A stretch of 64,000 nt of DNA from an uncultured Gemmatimonadales bacterium (GTDB lineage: Bacteria; Gemmatimonadota; Gemmatimonadetes; Gemmatimonadales; Gemmatimonadaceae): the NCBI GenBank assembly GCA_963707505.1, contig CAVPQB010000003.1, positions 1 through 64,000 on the forward strand, in the 5' to 3' direction. The position numbers and the translations under genes are program-made. Below are positions 20,047 through 30,603 of the stretch, piece after piece; position 1 is the first letter of the stretch, and every line of letters starts with the position of its first letter. The notes under the pieces are model-generated. The model saw nothing but the letters and a program-made list of their open reading frames with translations. It did not search any database and had not been told where the DNA came from.

Positions 20047-21150
20047 TTTTCCAACCGCAAGCAGTGTGGCCGAAGCGCGTGGCTTTGCGGCGAAGCGTCC
20101 GGTCAGGTAACGCGTGACCGGCCGCTCCAGGACGATGTGGAACACAACCCCCGCCACGGTCGCAATCAGCGCGATCACCAACAGAGTCCACGTCGTGGGC
20201 TCGATGTGTATTCGCTTCCCGAGCCTGATCGCGACGATAATGACCGGCAGGTGTGCAAGGTAGATTGCGTAAGAGGCATCTCCGAGCAGGCGAAGCAGCG
20301 GCGCGTGGAACGACGGCCGCCGAAGGTCCTGAACGGCAACGGCCAACACTATCAGCGCCGACGGCACTCCGTAGCGCAACACCTCGGCAACGTCGGGCGC
20401 GATCAGCGACTGATCGTGCGCCGCCGCAACGACCCACGCGACGAATCCGATCACGCCCCACGCCCATGGCGCAGATACCGTGCGGCCGAGGACCAAGGCA
20501 GCGATCGCCGACCCCGCAACGAATTCCAGGTTGTACGGGCTGAAAATGAATGAGATCGTGAACGGGAGCGCCGTCGGCGTCACCGCCTCGACCACGCCGG
20601 CGACGACGCTTCCAACGAACACCGCCGCGAGCAACGGCTTCCATATGCGACTGGGTAGTGCGATGGCCAGAGCGAACAGGATGTAGAATTTCAGCTCGTG
20701 CGACAGCGTCCACGCGGGCGGCACCAGCGGGAGAGCGCCGTTGATCGGCCACAGCAGATACGAGCGGAGAATGAACCAGGTGTTCATCTTCTCCGCGTGC
20801 ACGGCGTGCGCGGTAAGCAGCGCGCCGATGAGGACGCCGGTCGTAACGATCCATAGCGGCGGATAAACGCGTATGAACCGCCTTGCCAGAAAGCGCCGGG
20901 TGGCCGCCGGCCGGCCGATGTCGTGCCTGTGCACGAGGTAGATGACGAAGCCGCTTATGACGAAGAAGAGGTCGACGCCAGCGTGGCCGAAGCGCCAGAA
21001 TTCGAAAGTGCCTGCCGAACCCAGGTCGCGAAGCGCGATCTGACGAACGTGGTAGAAAACAACGAGGAGCGCAGCCGGACCGCGAAGCGCGTTCAGTCGC
21101 TCCAGGCGTGGATTGCGAGGCGTCGCAGGCCGGTCCTTATCCGGTGGCAT
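20044..21150 (-). CDS. Acyltransferase family 3 (membrane O-acyltransferase)
   Basis: LNALRGPAALLVVFYH, GVDLFFVISGF, RRFIRVYP, WTLSHELKFY, LGDASYAIYLAH. Confidence 0.92.
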   Translation of the reverse strand: MPPDKDRPATPRNPRLERLNALRGPAALLVVFYHVRQIALRDLGSAGTFEFWRFGHAGVDLFFVISGFVIYLVHRHDIGRPAATRRFLARRFIRVYPPLWIVTTGVLIGALLTAHAVHAEKMNTWFILRSYLLWPINGALPLVPPAWTLSHELKFYILFALAIALPSRIWKPLLAAVFVGSVVAGVVEAVTPTALPFTISFIFSPYNLEFVAGSAIAALVLGRTVSAPWAWGVIGFVAWVVAAAHDQSLIAPDVAEVLRYGVPSALIVLAVAVQDLRRPSFHAPLLRLLGDASYAIYLAHLPVIIVAIRLGKRIHIEPTTWTLLVIALIATVAGVVFHIVLERPVTRYLTGRFAAKPRASATLLAVGK

Positions 21151-21269
21151 GCGCCAAATCTATCGCCCGCCTGTTATCCGCCATTCTGACTCGTCTTCTC
21201 GTGTGGGCCCAGCCCTACCCCGTCACCGTGGCGGGCGGTATTTTACGAGGCTCCGGTTCACTACCGGCC

Positions 21270-21343
21270 GGTCGCGTAGCTCAGCTGGTTAGAGCGCTGC
21301 TTTCACACAGCAGAGGTCCGGGGTTCGAGTCCCTGCGCGACCA
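21270..21343 (+). tRNA. tRNA-Val(CAC)
   Basis: Canonical cloverleaf: GGTCGCG/CGCGACC, anticodon arm CTGCT-TTCACAC-AGCAG, TTCGAGT loop; CCA not encoded. Confidence 0.95.
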
Positions 21344-21376
21344 CTCGCCTACCTTTCTCTCATCACAAACCAGAGC

Positions 21377-24053
21377 ATGCGTGCTTTGAACCTCCGGTCA
21401 CTCCTCGTGGCCGTTGTCGTATCCGGAGCGCCGGCACTAGCCGTGGCGCAGAATCCAACGTCGCAGCAGGCGCAGCAGATGCTGCAAAGCAATCCTGCGC
21501 TGCTCCAGCAACTGAGACAACGGATCATGACCAGCGGCATGACGCCGGATCAGGTACGGGCGCGGCTCAGAGAGGCGGGTTATCCGGAAAATCTGCTGGA
21601 CGCCTACATGAGCGGCGGCGGCGTCGCCGGACTCGACCGCGAGCCAGGGTGACGTATTCAACGCGGTCCAGCAGCTCGGGATCGTTGACAGTGCCCAGGT
21701 CGATCTCCTGCGATGCGGGCTGAATCCGGATTCGTTGATGTACGCGGACACGCTTTTCAATGGCAGCCGCGGTGGCTCGATGGATACGACCAGCGGGTCA
21801 CTAGGCTCGCTGAGTTCGCTGCGACCGCGCGGGACCAACCTTTCCGGCGGTGTGCAGGGACAGGATGCGTACATGTCGGACAGCGTTCGAAACAGCCGGC
21901 AGCGTCAGGCGCTCGCGCGCGCATGCAAGGCTCGCGCTGACTCGCTACACCGCCCGGAAGTGATTGCACAGTCGCAGCGCGACAGCGGATTCACGATATT
22001 CGGGCTCGACTTCTTCCGCCGCTCGACCACGCTGTTCAATCCAAACGTCGCGGGACCCGTCGACGCGAATTATCGCGTCGGCCCCGGTGATCAGCTCGTG
22101 CTCGTGCTCACCGGCGACGTCGAGGCGTCGTATCAGCTCGATGTGACGCGACAGGGCTTCATCGTCGTACCGCAGGTTGGCCAGATTTCGGTAAATGGCC
22201 TCACGCTCAGTCAGCTGAACGACGTGTTGTACGATCGACTGGGTCGCGTGTACTCTGGTGTCAGGCGAGGCGCAGGCGCCACTACGCACTTCTCGGTCAC
22301 GCCGGCGAAGCTGCGCAGCAACATGGTGTTCGTCGTCGGCGACGTGATGGCGCCGGGAGCCTATCAGGTATCGGCCTCGGGGACACTGCTTTCGGCGCTG
22401 TATGCGGCCGGTGGTCCGACAGACAATGGAAGCCTGCGTGACCTGCAGGTTCGGCGCGGCGGCAAGTTGATCGCGAACATGGATTTCTACGACTACCTCG
22501 TCAACGGAGACGCGTCGCACGACATCCGCCTGGAGACAGGCGACATCGTCTTCGTTCCCGTGCATCTTGCTCGGGTGCGGATCGTGGGAGAGGTAGTGCG
22601 CCCCGCGACTTACGAGATCAAGCCGACAGAAACGTTGGCCGACGCGCTGCGCTTTTCCGGCGGATTCAAGGCGACTGCGTCGCGCCAGCGCGTGCAGGTT
22701 GAGCGAATCGTACCACCGTCCGAGCGTACACCGGGCAGAGACCGCGTTACTACCGACATCGTCTCCGACGCGTTCCTCACCGGGACCGGACCCGCCGTTC
22801 CGGTCGAACCGGGCGACGTCATTCGCGTCTTCCCAGTCGCTACGCGCGTGCGCAATCGTGTAACGGTGCGTGGGAACGTGAACATGCCGGGTACGATTGG
22901 TCTCACACCAGGAATGACGGTCGCCGGCGCACTCAAGCTCGCGGGCGGCATCAAGCCGGATACGTACCTGGGCGAGGTTCTCATTACGCGCTTGAATCCT
23001 GATTCGACGCGCCAGCAGTTGCGCGCGACGTTGCGAGATTCATCCGGTGCTGTGGTGAACGATTTTCCGCTGCATGAGGACGACAATCTCACGGTGTATT
23101 CGGTGACGGACTTCCGTCCGGTTCGCTACGTGGCGATCAACGGCGCGGTCCGCAAGAGCGGGCAGTTTCCATATCGCGAAGGGATGACGATTCGCGATCT
23201 CGTGCTCGAGGCCGGCGGACTGGAACAGAGCGCGTTGCTCAACGAAGCACGCATCGCACGCCTTCCCGATGACAGAACGGGTACGGTGACGGCGCGTGAA
23301 TTCACCATCCCACTCGACTCCAGTTACCTGTTCGAGCGTGGGCCAAACGGACAATACGCGGGCCCACCGGGACTTCCCGCGTCAGCCGGCCCGACGCCCG
23401 ACGTGCAGCTCAAGCCATACGACAACGTGCTGATCCTGCGGCAGCCGGGCTGGGAGCTGCAACGCACCGTGACGGTCGCGGGAGAGGTGCGGTTCCCGGG
23501 CAAGTACACGTTGCTCAACAAGAACGAACACATCAGCGACGTGCTCAAGCGCGCTGGCGGCCTCACTCCGGAGGGTTACGCCAACGGCGTGACGTTCTAC
23601 CGCCGCTCCAGCTCGATCGGCCGGATCGGCATCGAGCTTCCGGATGTGTTGAAAGATCCGAAGAGCCGGGACAATCTGCTTCTGGTGGACGGCGACTCGC
23701 TGTACATACCGCGCTTCAATGCGGTGGTGCGCGTCCAGGGTGAGGTGAACTCGCCAGTCGCGGTCACGTACTCGCCTGGCAAGGATCTCAATTACTACAT
23801 TCGTGCCGCGGGCGGTGCGACACGGAAGGCCGATGTCGATCACGCGTACGTCACGCAACCGAACGGCAAGGTCGATGCAGAATCGCAACGGTTCCTGATT
23901 CCGGATTACATCCCGAAGCCGAAACCTGGCAGCGTTGTGTACGTGCCAGTGAACGATGGCAGCGGCGGCCCCAGCGTACTGACGATGCTTGGGTCGTTGA
24001 CCGGAGTCGCGTCGAGCCTGCTCGCCGTGATCGCGCTGCTTCGCACACACTAA
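21377..24053 (+). CDS. Polysaccharide export protein with multiple SLBB domains (Wza/KpsD-like), frameshift near 21640
   Basis: Signal peptide in 21377..21652; YRVGPGDQL poly-export motif and repeated V.GEV.PG.Y...AGG SLBB units in 21735..24053. Confidence 0.88.
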
Positions 24054-24062
24054 GCTCCTGAG

Positions 24063-25157
24063 ATGCCGGACGTCGTGCCGATTGCGGAACCAAGCCTCGA
24101 GCCACTGACGCTTGCGCTGTGGACCGCCGGCGTACTCAACCGCTGGCGCACGGTAATCGTCAGCACGATCTGTGTGCTCGTACTCGCGCTGCTATCGACG
24201 GTGATCCTGCCGCCGGTCTACCGCGTCAGTGTGTCATTTGCACCCAATCCGAGCAGCTCATCCAAGCTGGGTGGCGCGATCAGCAGTCTGAGCTCAGGTG
24301 CGCTATCGAGTCTCGCGGGCGGAATGGGGCTTGGATCGGTTGGCGGGGAGCCGACCGAGTCACCGGAGTTCTACGCCGAGTTGATGCAGAGTCGCGAGCT
24401 GTTGACGAGACTGCTTCTCACAAAGATGCCGGATCCGCGCACGGGCGCTCGTGGCGACAGCGCGAGACTGGTGGATATCATGAAGTTGCGGTCCACCGAC
24501 CCTGCGCGGCGCATCGAGCTCGGCGTCAAGGAACTTGGAAAATCCATGACGACCGAGTCCAACGTCCGGACGAACTTGATAAAGGTCACTGTCGAGGATC
24601 GTTACGCGACCGTCGCATCGCGGGAGGCCAACGCCGCGCTCGCTCTGGTCAATTCGTTCAATCTCGAGCAACGCACTTCGCGGGCACGTGCCAAGCGAAT
24701 CTATCTCGAAGGTCGTACGGCAGAGGCAAAGAGAGATCTCACCACCGCGCAGGCGCGTTACCGCGACTTCCTGTCGTCCAACCGGCAGTGGCGCCTCTCG
24801 CCTACTCTGTCGTCGGACGAGGAGACGCTGCGTCGCAACGAGGACGTCGCATCCGACCTGTATCTCTCGCTCGAGAAGCAAGTCGAATCCGCGAAGCTCG
24901 ACGAGTTCAACGATGCCGCGCTCATTACCGTCGTCGATTCTGCAGTAACGCCGGTCAAGGCGTACTGGCCGCGATTCAGTTTGCTGATTCCGGGCGCGAT
25001 ATTGCTCGGAATCTTCATCGGCGTCACGATTGCCGGAGTCGCCACAGTGTACGCGGACTGGAGCCGACGTGAGCCGATGGCAGCCCGCAAGCTTGCATCG
25101 GCAATAATGCGCCGGAAAGCACGCGCGGACGTGCCTCCGGTCGCGCGTCGTGCCTGA
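24063..25157 (+). CDS. Wzz/GumC-like polysaccharide co-polymerase A (no kinase domain)
   Basis: Two terminal TM helices, a central coiled coil, and a VVDSAVTP...WPR proline-rich motif before TM2. Confidence 0.75.
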   Translation: MPDVVPIAEPSLEPLTLALWTAGVLNRWRTVIVSTICVLVLALLSTVILPPVYRVSVSFAPNPSSSSKLGGAISSLSSGALSSLAGGMGLGSVGGEPTESPEFYAELMQSRELLTRLLLTKMPDPRTGARGDSARLVDIMKLRSTDPARRIELGVKELGKSMTTESNVRTNLIKVTVEDRYATVASREANAALALVNSFNLEQRTSRARAKRIYLEGRTAEAKRDLTTAQARYRDFLSSNRQWRLSPTLSSDEETLRRNEDVASDLYLSLEKQVESAKLDEFNDAALITVVDSAVTPVKAYWPRFSLLIPGAILLGIFIGVTIAGVATVYADWSRREPMAARKLASAIMRRKARADVPPVARRA

Positions 25158-26541
25158 GACGCACGCGACTCGAGCGCGCTCGCTTCCCGCACGAGCGCTC
25201 CCATGGGTTCTCTGGGCACTCACGTTCCACATTCTCGGCATCGCGGTCCTCTTCGGCTACTTCAATCTTTCGATAAAGGTCGTTCAGGTAATTGCCGCAT
25301 GGAAGGAAATTGCGGGACTGCTCCTGTTCATCATCGTCGTCGTGCGCGCAGCGACCGGCTGGGGACCACGCGTCGCCGTGTCCGCGGCCGATCTGTTCGC
25401 AGGCGTATGGATTGCTCTGGCAGTCGTATTCTTCGCCACGGAAAATGTGGTGTTGCGCGATTTCATCCCACTAAAAGCTGCCATCTTCGGCGTGCGCGAC
25501 GCAGCCTTCTTCATGTTGTTCTACTTCGTGGGCCGAGCGACACCGGAGCTGGGTGACGACTACCGGTTCATGAAGCACGCATTCGCGGTGCTGGCGGTCA
25601 CGTCCATCGTGGCGATCGCGGAGCAGATATTCGTCACTCCGCAAATGCTCGTTGCACTCGGCGTTGCTGCATACGTGCAGAATTTTCTGGGTGGCGTTGC
25701 GTTCACGCAGGGAAATGTGTACGGATTGCCGGACAACTACTGGAGCGAGATGGGCGGTCACATGGTGCGCCGCTCCGGCTCCGTATTCCTGTCCGGACAG
25801 GGCTTCGCAGTGGTGTTCATCGTACTGCTGCCACTCGCGACGCTGTGGCTACTCCAGAAAGGTGACAGGACGCGCTGGTTCCATCGTGTGCTGTATGCGG
25901 TCATCTGGATTGGTCTCATCGCGACATTCACCCGGACCGCCATTTTGGTTGCGGGCCTGCAGACGCTGATACTGTTCGCCATCCGGCGCCGCGTCACTGG
26001 CGCGGCGCTCGCCGCCAGCGTCGCCGTTGGCGCGCTGGTGGCCGGCGTGCTGGTATTTCCCTCACTCGCGACCTTCGTCTTCGAGACACTGACGTGGCAG
26101 AGCGGTAGCAGCGTCTCGCACCTCAAGGATTGGACCAATGGCATCACGGCATTTCTCGAACAGCCGTGGGGTTACGGGTTGGGTACGACGGATCAGACGG
26201 CTGTACGCGCGGGGCTCGAACCGCTCACGGCGGACAACGTGTATCTCAAGTACGCGGTCGAGCTCGGCCTGCCCGGCCTCGTCGCGCTGGTGGGTACGCT
26301 GGCCTGCATCGGCATGGCGGGCGTCCGCGCCGCGACGCGGAGCATCGCCGCGCCAGCACGTGATATGGGTGTCGCGGTAGCGCTCATCATACTTGGCGTC
26401 CTTGTCTATGGCATGACGAGTACGATGTTCAACGACCCAATGGTCGGCTATCTGGTGTTCTGGCTCGGCGGAACGACGGTTACACTCGCGCAGCGAGCGC
26501 CATCGCCACACAGCTCCAGGCTTGCGCTCAGTTATGCATGA
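25150..26541 (+). CDS. O-antigen ligase/polymerase (Wzy_C) family protein
   Basis: Polytopic membrane protein with TFTRTA, PWGYGLG and DNVYLKYAVELGLPG motifs. Confidence 0.75.
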   Translation: MPETHATRARSLPARALPWVLWALTFHILGIAVLFGYFNLSIKVVQVIAAWKEIAGLLLFIIVVVRAATGWGPRVAVSAADLFAGVWIALAVVFFATENVVLRDFIPLKAAIFGVRDAAFFMLFYFVGRATPELGDDYRFMKHAFAVLAVTSIVAIAEQIFVTPQMLVALGVAAYVQNFLGGVAFTQGNVYGLPDNYWSEMGGHMVRRSGSVFLSGQGFAVVFIVLLPLATLWLLQKGDRTRWFHRVLYAVIWIGLIATFTRTAILVAGLQTLILFAIRRRVTGAALAASVAVGALVAGVLVFPSLATFVFETLTWQSGSSVSHLKDWTNGITAFLEQPWGYGLGTTDQTAVRAGLEPLTADNVYLKYAVELGLPGLVALVGTLACIGMAGVRAATRSIAAPARDMGVAVALIILGVLVYGMTSTMFNDPMVGYLVFWLGGTTVTLAQRAPSPHSSRLALSYA

Positions 26542-27463
26542 TCCGTCGTTTGGTGTCGTACTGCTCAACTGGAACGGCTACGCAGATACGGAAGCGGCGC
26601 TCGACTCGCTGTTGGCAGCCGACCCGCGTCCCGACCACGTCGTTGTGGTGGACAACGGTTCGCACGACGATTCCGTGCAACGGCTGAGCGCGTGGCGTGA
26701 ACGCAACGAGCCGCGCGGCGATTCCGAGACACCTCGACGTTGGCTCACGATCATCGCGGAGGCAGAGAATCGGGGCTTTGCGATCGGCAACAACATCGGC
26801 CTCGATTGCCTCGCGACGAGCACTAACGTAACGCATTTTCTACTGCTCAACAACGACGCGACTATCGCGCCCGATTACTTCGCGCGTATGACCGACGCGA
26901 TTCGCGAATATCCCGACTCGGCGTTGCTCGGCTGTACTATCTACTACCACCCCGACCGCGACAAGGTCTGGTTCGGCGGGGGGTACGAAGTCCCGTACCG
27001 TGCGCTCGTGCTGCACAGATACGAGCTGCCAGCCGATCACTCTCCGCATCCGACTCCGTTCGTCACAGGATGCGCGATGATGATAGCGCGCACGCTGTAC
27101 GACGCCTGCGGCGGGCTCGCCGAATGCTATACACCGATTTACTGGGAAGACACCGAGTACTCCTTTCGCGCACGGAATGGTGGCTGGCGCGTGATGCTGG
27201 TACCGGCTGCGCGGGCTTATCACAGAGTTAGCGCAAGCATGGGGGGCGAGAAAGCCACGCCGCGCGCCGCGTTCCTGCAGAATCGCCATCGAGGGTATTA
27301 CGTGCGTCGCAACTATCGCGGACTCGACCGCGTGACCGCGCTTACCTACCTGGTCGTCACAAAACCGGCGCGCTCGCTCGTCGAGCTGCTGCGCGGTCGT
27401 CCAGCCATGGGGAGCGCGATATTGCGCGGCTTCCTGCACGGCTTGACCGACGATCCTGCTTGA
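26534..27463 (+). CDS. Glycosyltransferase family 2
   Basis: VLLNWNG, VVDNGSHD, NRGFAIGNN, LLNND, YWEDTEYS. Confidence 0.9.
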   Translation: MHDPSFGVVLLNWNGYADTEAALDSLLAADPRPDHVVVVDNGSHDDSVQRLSAWRERNEPRGDSETPRRWLTIIAEAENRGFAIGNNIGLDCLATSTNVTHFLLLNNDATIAPDYFARMTDAIREYPDSALLGCTIYYHPDRDKVWFGGGYEVPYRALVLHRYELPADHSPHPTPFVTGCAMMIARTLYDACGGLAECYTPIYWEDTEYSFRARNGGWRVMLVPAARAYHRVSASMGGEKATPRAAFLQNRHRGYYVRRNYRGLDRVTALTYLVVTKPARSLVELLRGRPAMGSAILRGFLHGLTDDPA

Positions 27464-28629
27464 TGGTCGATCGTAGCCAGTTCCGCGACTCGTATCATTA
27501 TGCGCTGGCGGTGGCGAGTGAAATCGCCGCACCTGGATTGCGGCTCATCGCAAGAGCCGCGTCGAGATCGGCTCCAGCTCCGCCAGTAAGTTGGCGAACG
27601 GGCGTAATCATTGGCAGGGATCACATAGGCGACGTGCTCTACCGTACATGCTCGCTGGAAGCGCTGCAGAGAGGCTTGCCGGAGTGCCGCTGGTCATATC
27701 TGACGTCGGAGAGCGGCGCTGCCGTGCTTGCGGGCAATCCGGCGCTCGCTCAGGTCCTGCCATGGACGTCAGACAGCGACGAGGGACCACTCGATCCGGC
27801 GAAGCGCGATGAGTTGGCGAAGGAAATGTTCGACGTGGCGCTGTGCAGTGACAACATTGCACATCATCACGCGGTAATGCTCGCACTCAAGCTTGGGATT
27901 CCCAATCGCGTCGGATTCACGCGCAAAGGATTATCCGGACTGGTAACGTTGGGGATCGCTACCGAGGGTCCGACGTCTCATCCCGCCGCGTTCCGGCAGA
28001 TGGTCGAATCTGTAACTGGAGTGCCTGACCCGTCGCCGTTGCGACCGAGGATCTATCCGTCGGCGAGCGATCTTCGCGCGGCCGATTCAGAGTGGCAGCG
28101 GTTGGCAATTGACGACGCGGAGTTTGTGATCGCATCCGCGGTGACGACGCGCCAGACGATTGGCGACTTTCCCCCCGGATTCTTTACCGATATCCTTCGC
28201 CGAGTGCTCGTGCTGGCACCCACGGCTCGCGTGCTACTCAGTGGTGCCGCGAACGACCGACCTGTTCTGGACGCAATCGCCGTCGAATTGGGAGATCGGG
28301 CAAATGTGTCAGCTGGCACGCTGCACCTGCTCGCGTACGGCGCGATGCTCAGGCGATGCGCAGTGTTCCTCGGCGCCGACTCAGGCCCGCGTCATCTCGC
28401 CAATGCCGCGACCATTCCCGTCTTCTTCGTGCGGAACATGGGTGCGACCGAGATCGGGAGCGGGAAATATTGCGCGACCGAAATCGACATCGCGCCACCC
28501 GGCGAGTATCTCTCGCCGCAAGAGATGAGACGGGCGCTCGAAACCGTCGACCGTGATGCTGTCGCTAACGCGGTGGTGTCTGCCGCGCGGCGGCAAGTTC
28601 GCGATAGCATCGCAGGTACGCCGAGCTGA
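27460..28629 (+). CDS. Glycosyltransferase family 9 (heptosyltransferase-like)
   Basis: DHIGDVL and GADSGPRHLANA motifs. Confidence 0.82.
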   Translation: MMVDRSQFRDSYHYALAVASEIAAPGLRLIARAASRSAPAPPVSWRTGVIIGRDHIGDVLYRTCSLEALQRGLPECRWSYLTSESGAAVLAGNPALAQVLPWTSDSDEGPLDPAKRDELAKEMFDVALCSDNIAHHHAVMLALKLGIPNRVGFTRKGLSGLVTLGIATEGPTSHPAAFRQMVESVTGVPDPSPLRPRIYPSASDLRAADSEWQRLAIDDAEFVIASAVTTRQTIGDFPPGFFTDILRRVLVLAPTARVLLSGAANDRPVLDAIAVELGDRANVSAGTLHLLAYGAMLRRCAVFLGADSGPRHLANAATIPVFFVRNMGATEIGSGKYCATEIDIAPPGEYLSPQEMRRALETVDRDAVANAVVSAARRQVRDSIAGTPS

Positions 28630-29782
28630 ACGAGTCGAAGGAGAAGTCACGCCGCACTCGATCAAGTCCAGCCTTCCCCATCCTCACGCGCGTCTCCCGA
28701 TCGTGCAACAGACTTATTATTGCGCGAGCCATCGCATCGGCATCGCCTGGCGTGGTGAGTAGCCCTGTCACTCCGTTGGTCACCATCTCCGGAGCGCCAC
28801 CGTGGTCAGTCGCGACAACGGGCAACGCGCTCGCCATGGCCTCGAGGATCGTCGTTGGAAGCGGATCGGGACGAAGTGACGGCTGTACGAAGACGTCGAA
28901 CGTGCTCAGCAACGACGGTGTGTCCGCACAATATTCCTGAATCGTCACGCGATCGTTGATTCCGTAATCCCGCGCGGCAGCCCGCAGAATGTCCAGAGCG
29001 GCGAAATTTCCTTCCAGTACGCCGCCGGCGAAGACGAACTGAGCGTTGGGAACTACACTGCATACGGTTCTGGCCGCCTGGAGAAGCAGCTCCTGCCCCT
29101 TCCACGTTCCGGCGCGCCCGATCATTCCCACAACGACCCGCGCATCCTGGTTTGTGCCAGATTTCGCGTCGCGCGTCGGCGTGCATGATCTGCTCGCAAA
29201 GCGCGCAGGATCTATGCAATTGTATATCACAGATATCTTCGGCGCCGCGCCAGGTTGCGTATCGATGATGTGGTTTCTCACGGCGTTCGATACTGCAACC
29301 ACGCTGTCGGACGATCGTGCGACCTTGCGCGAAAGCCACGTTCTCACCACATGCGGACGTTCGACGATCTCGGAAACATGCCACAGGTGTGGAACGTGCA
29401 ACGCTCGCGCAACGCGGGCTCCAGTAAGGACAGTCGCAGTGTGTGAGTGAACCATCGCGATCTTACGATCACCAATTGCATCCATTGCTGTGCGGAGCGA
29501 GGCCGGTGCCTGTCCTAGCAGCCGCGCGAAGCCGGTTGGTGTCATGTACCGCCGGCGCAACACGGTGAGCGGAACCGAGTGTACTGGCACGCCGCGAGCG
29601 CGCAACCGTCCGCTGAGACGCATCTCTGGCGGAAGCTCCGAGCTGATGTCGTCCGGTACCAGCACCATCGCGTCGAATTCCGTCCCTTCCAGTGCACGCA
29701 CGATCTCGTACAGCACATAGTCCGATCCATACCACTCATCGGCACCGTGCACGAAAAGAATCGTGCGGCGATTATCTGACAT
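28565..29782 (-). CDS. Glycosyltransferase family 4
   Basis: WKGQELLL, PSLRPDPLPTTILEAMA, GGAPEMV. Confidence 0.9.
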   Translation of the reverse strand: MSDNRRTILFVHGADEWYGSDYVLYEIVRALEGTEFDAMVLVPDDISSELPPEMRLSGRLRARGVPVHSVPLTVLRRRYMTPTGFARLLGQAPASLRTAMDAIGDRKIAMVHSHTATVLTGARVARALHVPHLWHVSEIVERPHVVRTWLSRKVARSSDSVVAVSNAVRNHIIDTQPGAAPKISVIYNCIDPARFASRSCTPTRDAKSGTNQDARVVVGMIGRAGTWKGQELLLQAARTVCSVVPNAQFVFAGGVLEGNFAALDILRAAARDYGINDRVTIQEYCADTPSLLSTFDVFVQPSLRPDPLPTTILEAMASALPVVATDHGGAPEMVTNGVTGLLTTPGDADAMARAIISLLHDRETRVRMGKAGLDRVRRDFSFDSFSSAYLRCYRELAAARQTPPR

Positions 29783-30578
29783 TCGGCCCGGGCACGAGAA
29801 TGCGCGGATGTTTTCTCACGAACCTGGCCATGCCGTGCATGTGCCAGAGCGTGCGCCGGTCGAAGAACGTCTTGTCGGTCGCCGCCTGATGCTCGTGCAT
29901 CGCTCGAGCATCGGGAGTCTGCCATACCGCCCAGCCGGCCTTCCACATCCGCCACGCGAGGTCGACGTCCTCGATGTACAGCGGGCGATAGCCAGGATCA
30001 AAGCCGCCGAGCTCCGTCCACGCAGCGCGACGTACGAAGAGACAGGCGCCGAGCGCCCAGTCGATCTTCCGGTCCTCCGTCGGTGGCGGAAGATAGTGCG
30101 CGGTCCGCGTGACTCGACCCTCGCCTACCAGTCGCCGGAGTGGTGTGCGTCGCAGTATGGTTCCACCCAGGCGCGGAAAGCGACGCGCCGACGGCTGCGG
30201 CGCGCCCGAGGGAAAGCTCAATAGCGGAGCGACGACTCCCGCATCTTCGTGCCGAGCCATCGCAGCCACCATCGCTGCAATGCAATCCGGCTCCAGTACG
30301 ACATCGGGATTGAGAACGAGTCCAAAGTCAAAGCCGGTACTCGCGAGCGCGTCGTTGTGATTCTCGGCGAACCCGAATGGCGTTGCTCGTTTTAGAATCA
30401 TCGCGTCGTGGATCAGCTCACGCGTCACGCGAGACGTGCTGTCATCCACGCCGTTGACGACGACCACTACTGTCAACTTTCCATCGAATCTCTGGGAGAC
30501 GAGCGACTCCAGGCAGGCACGGATCTTGTCGCCCTCGCCGGTGGAAACGATCGATGCAGCGACGTGCGTCACTCGCAC
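29772..30578 (-). CDS. Glycosyltransferase family 2 (rhamnosyltransferase-like)
   Basis: GFAENHN, LNPD, DWALGACL, GGFD...LYIEDVD. Confidence 0.88.
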   Translation of the reverse strand: MRVTHVAASIVSTGEGDKIRACLESLVSQRFDGKLTVVVVVNGVDDSTSRVTRELIHDAMILKRATPFGFAENHNDALASTGFDFGLVLNPDVVLEPDCIAAMVAAMARHEDAGVVAPLLSFPSGAPQPSARRFPRLGGTILRRTPLRRLVGEGRVTRTAHYLPPPTEDRKIDWALGACLFVRRAAWTELGGFDPGYRPLYIEDVDLAWRMWKAGWAVWQTPDARAMHEHQAATDKTFFDRRTLWHMHGMARFVRKHPRILVPGPNVR

Positions 30579-30603
30579 TCCCGTTTTCCGCGGACTGCGC
30601 TCA

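Noticed and set aside
21230..21247. ops/JUMPStart element (GGCGGTA), also at about 42636
   Set aside because: Neither matches GGCGGTAG-nn-TG; the first is better explained as part of the tRNA-Val promoter (TATTTT).
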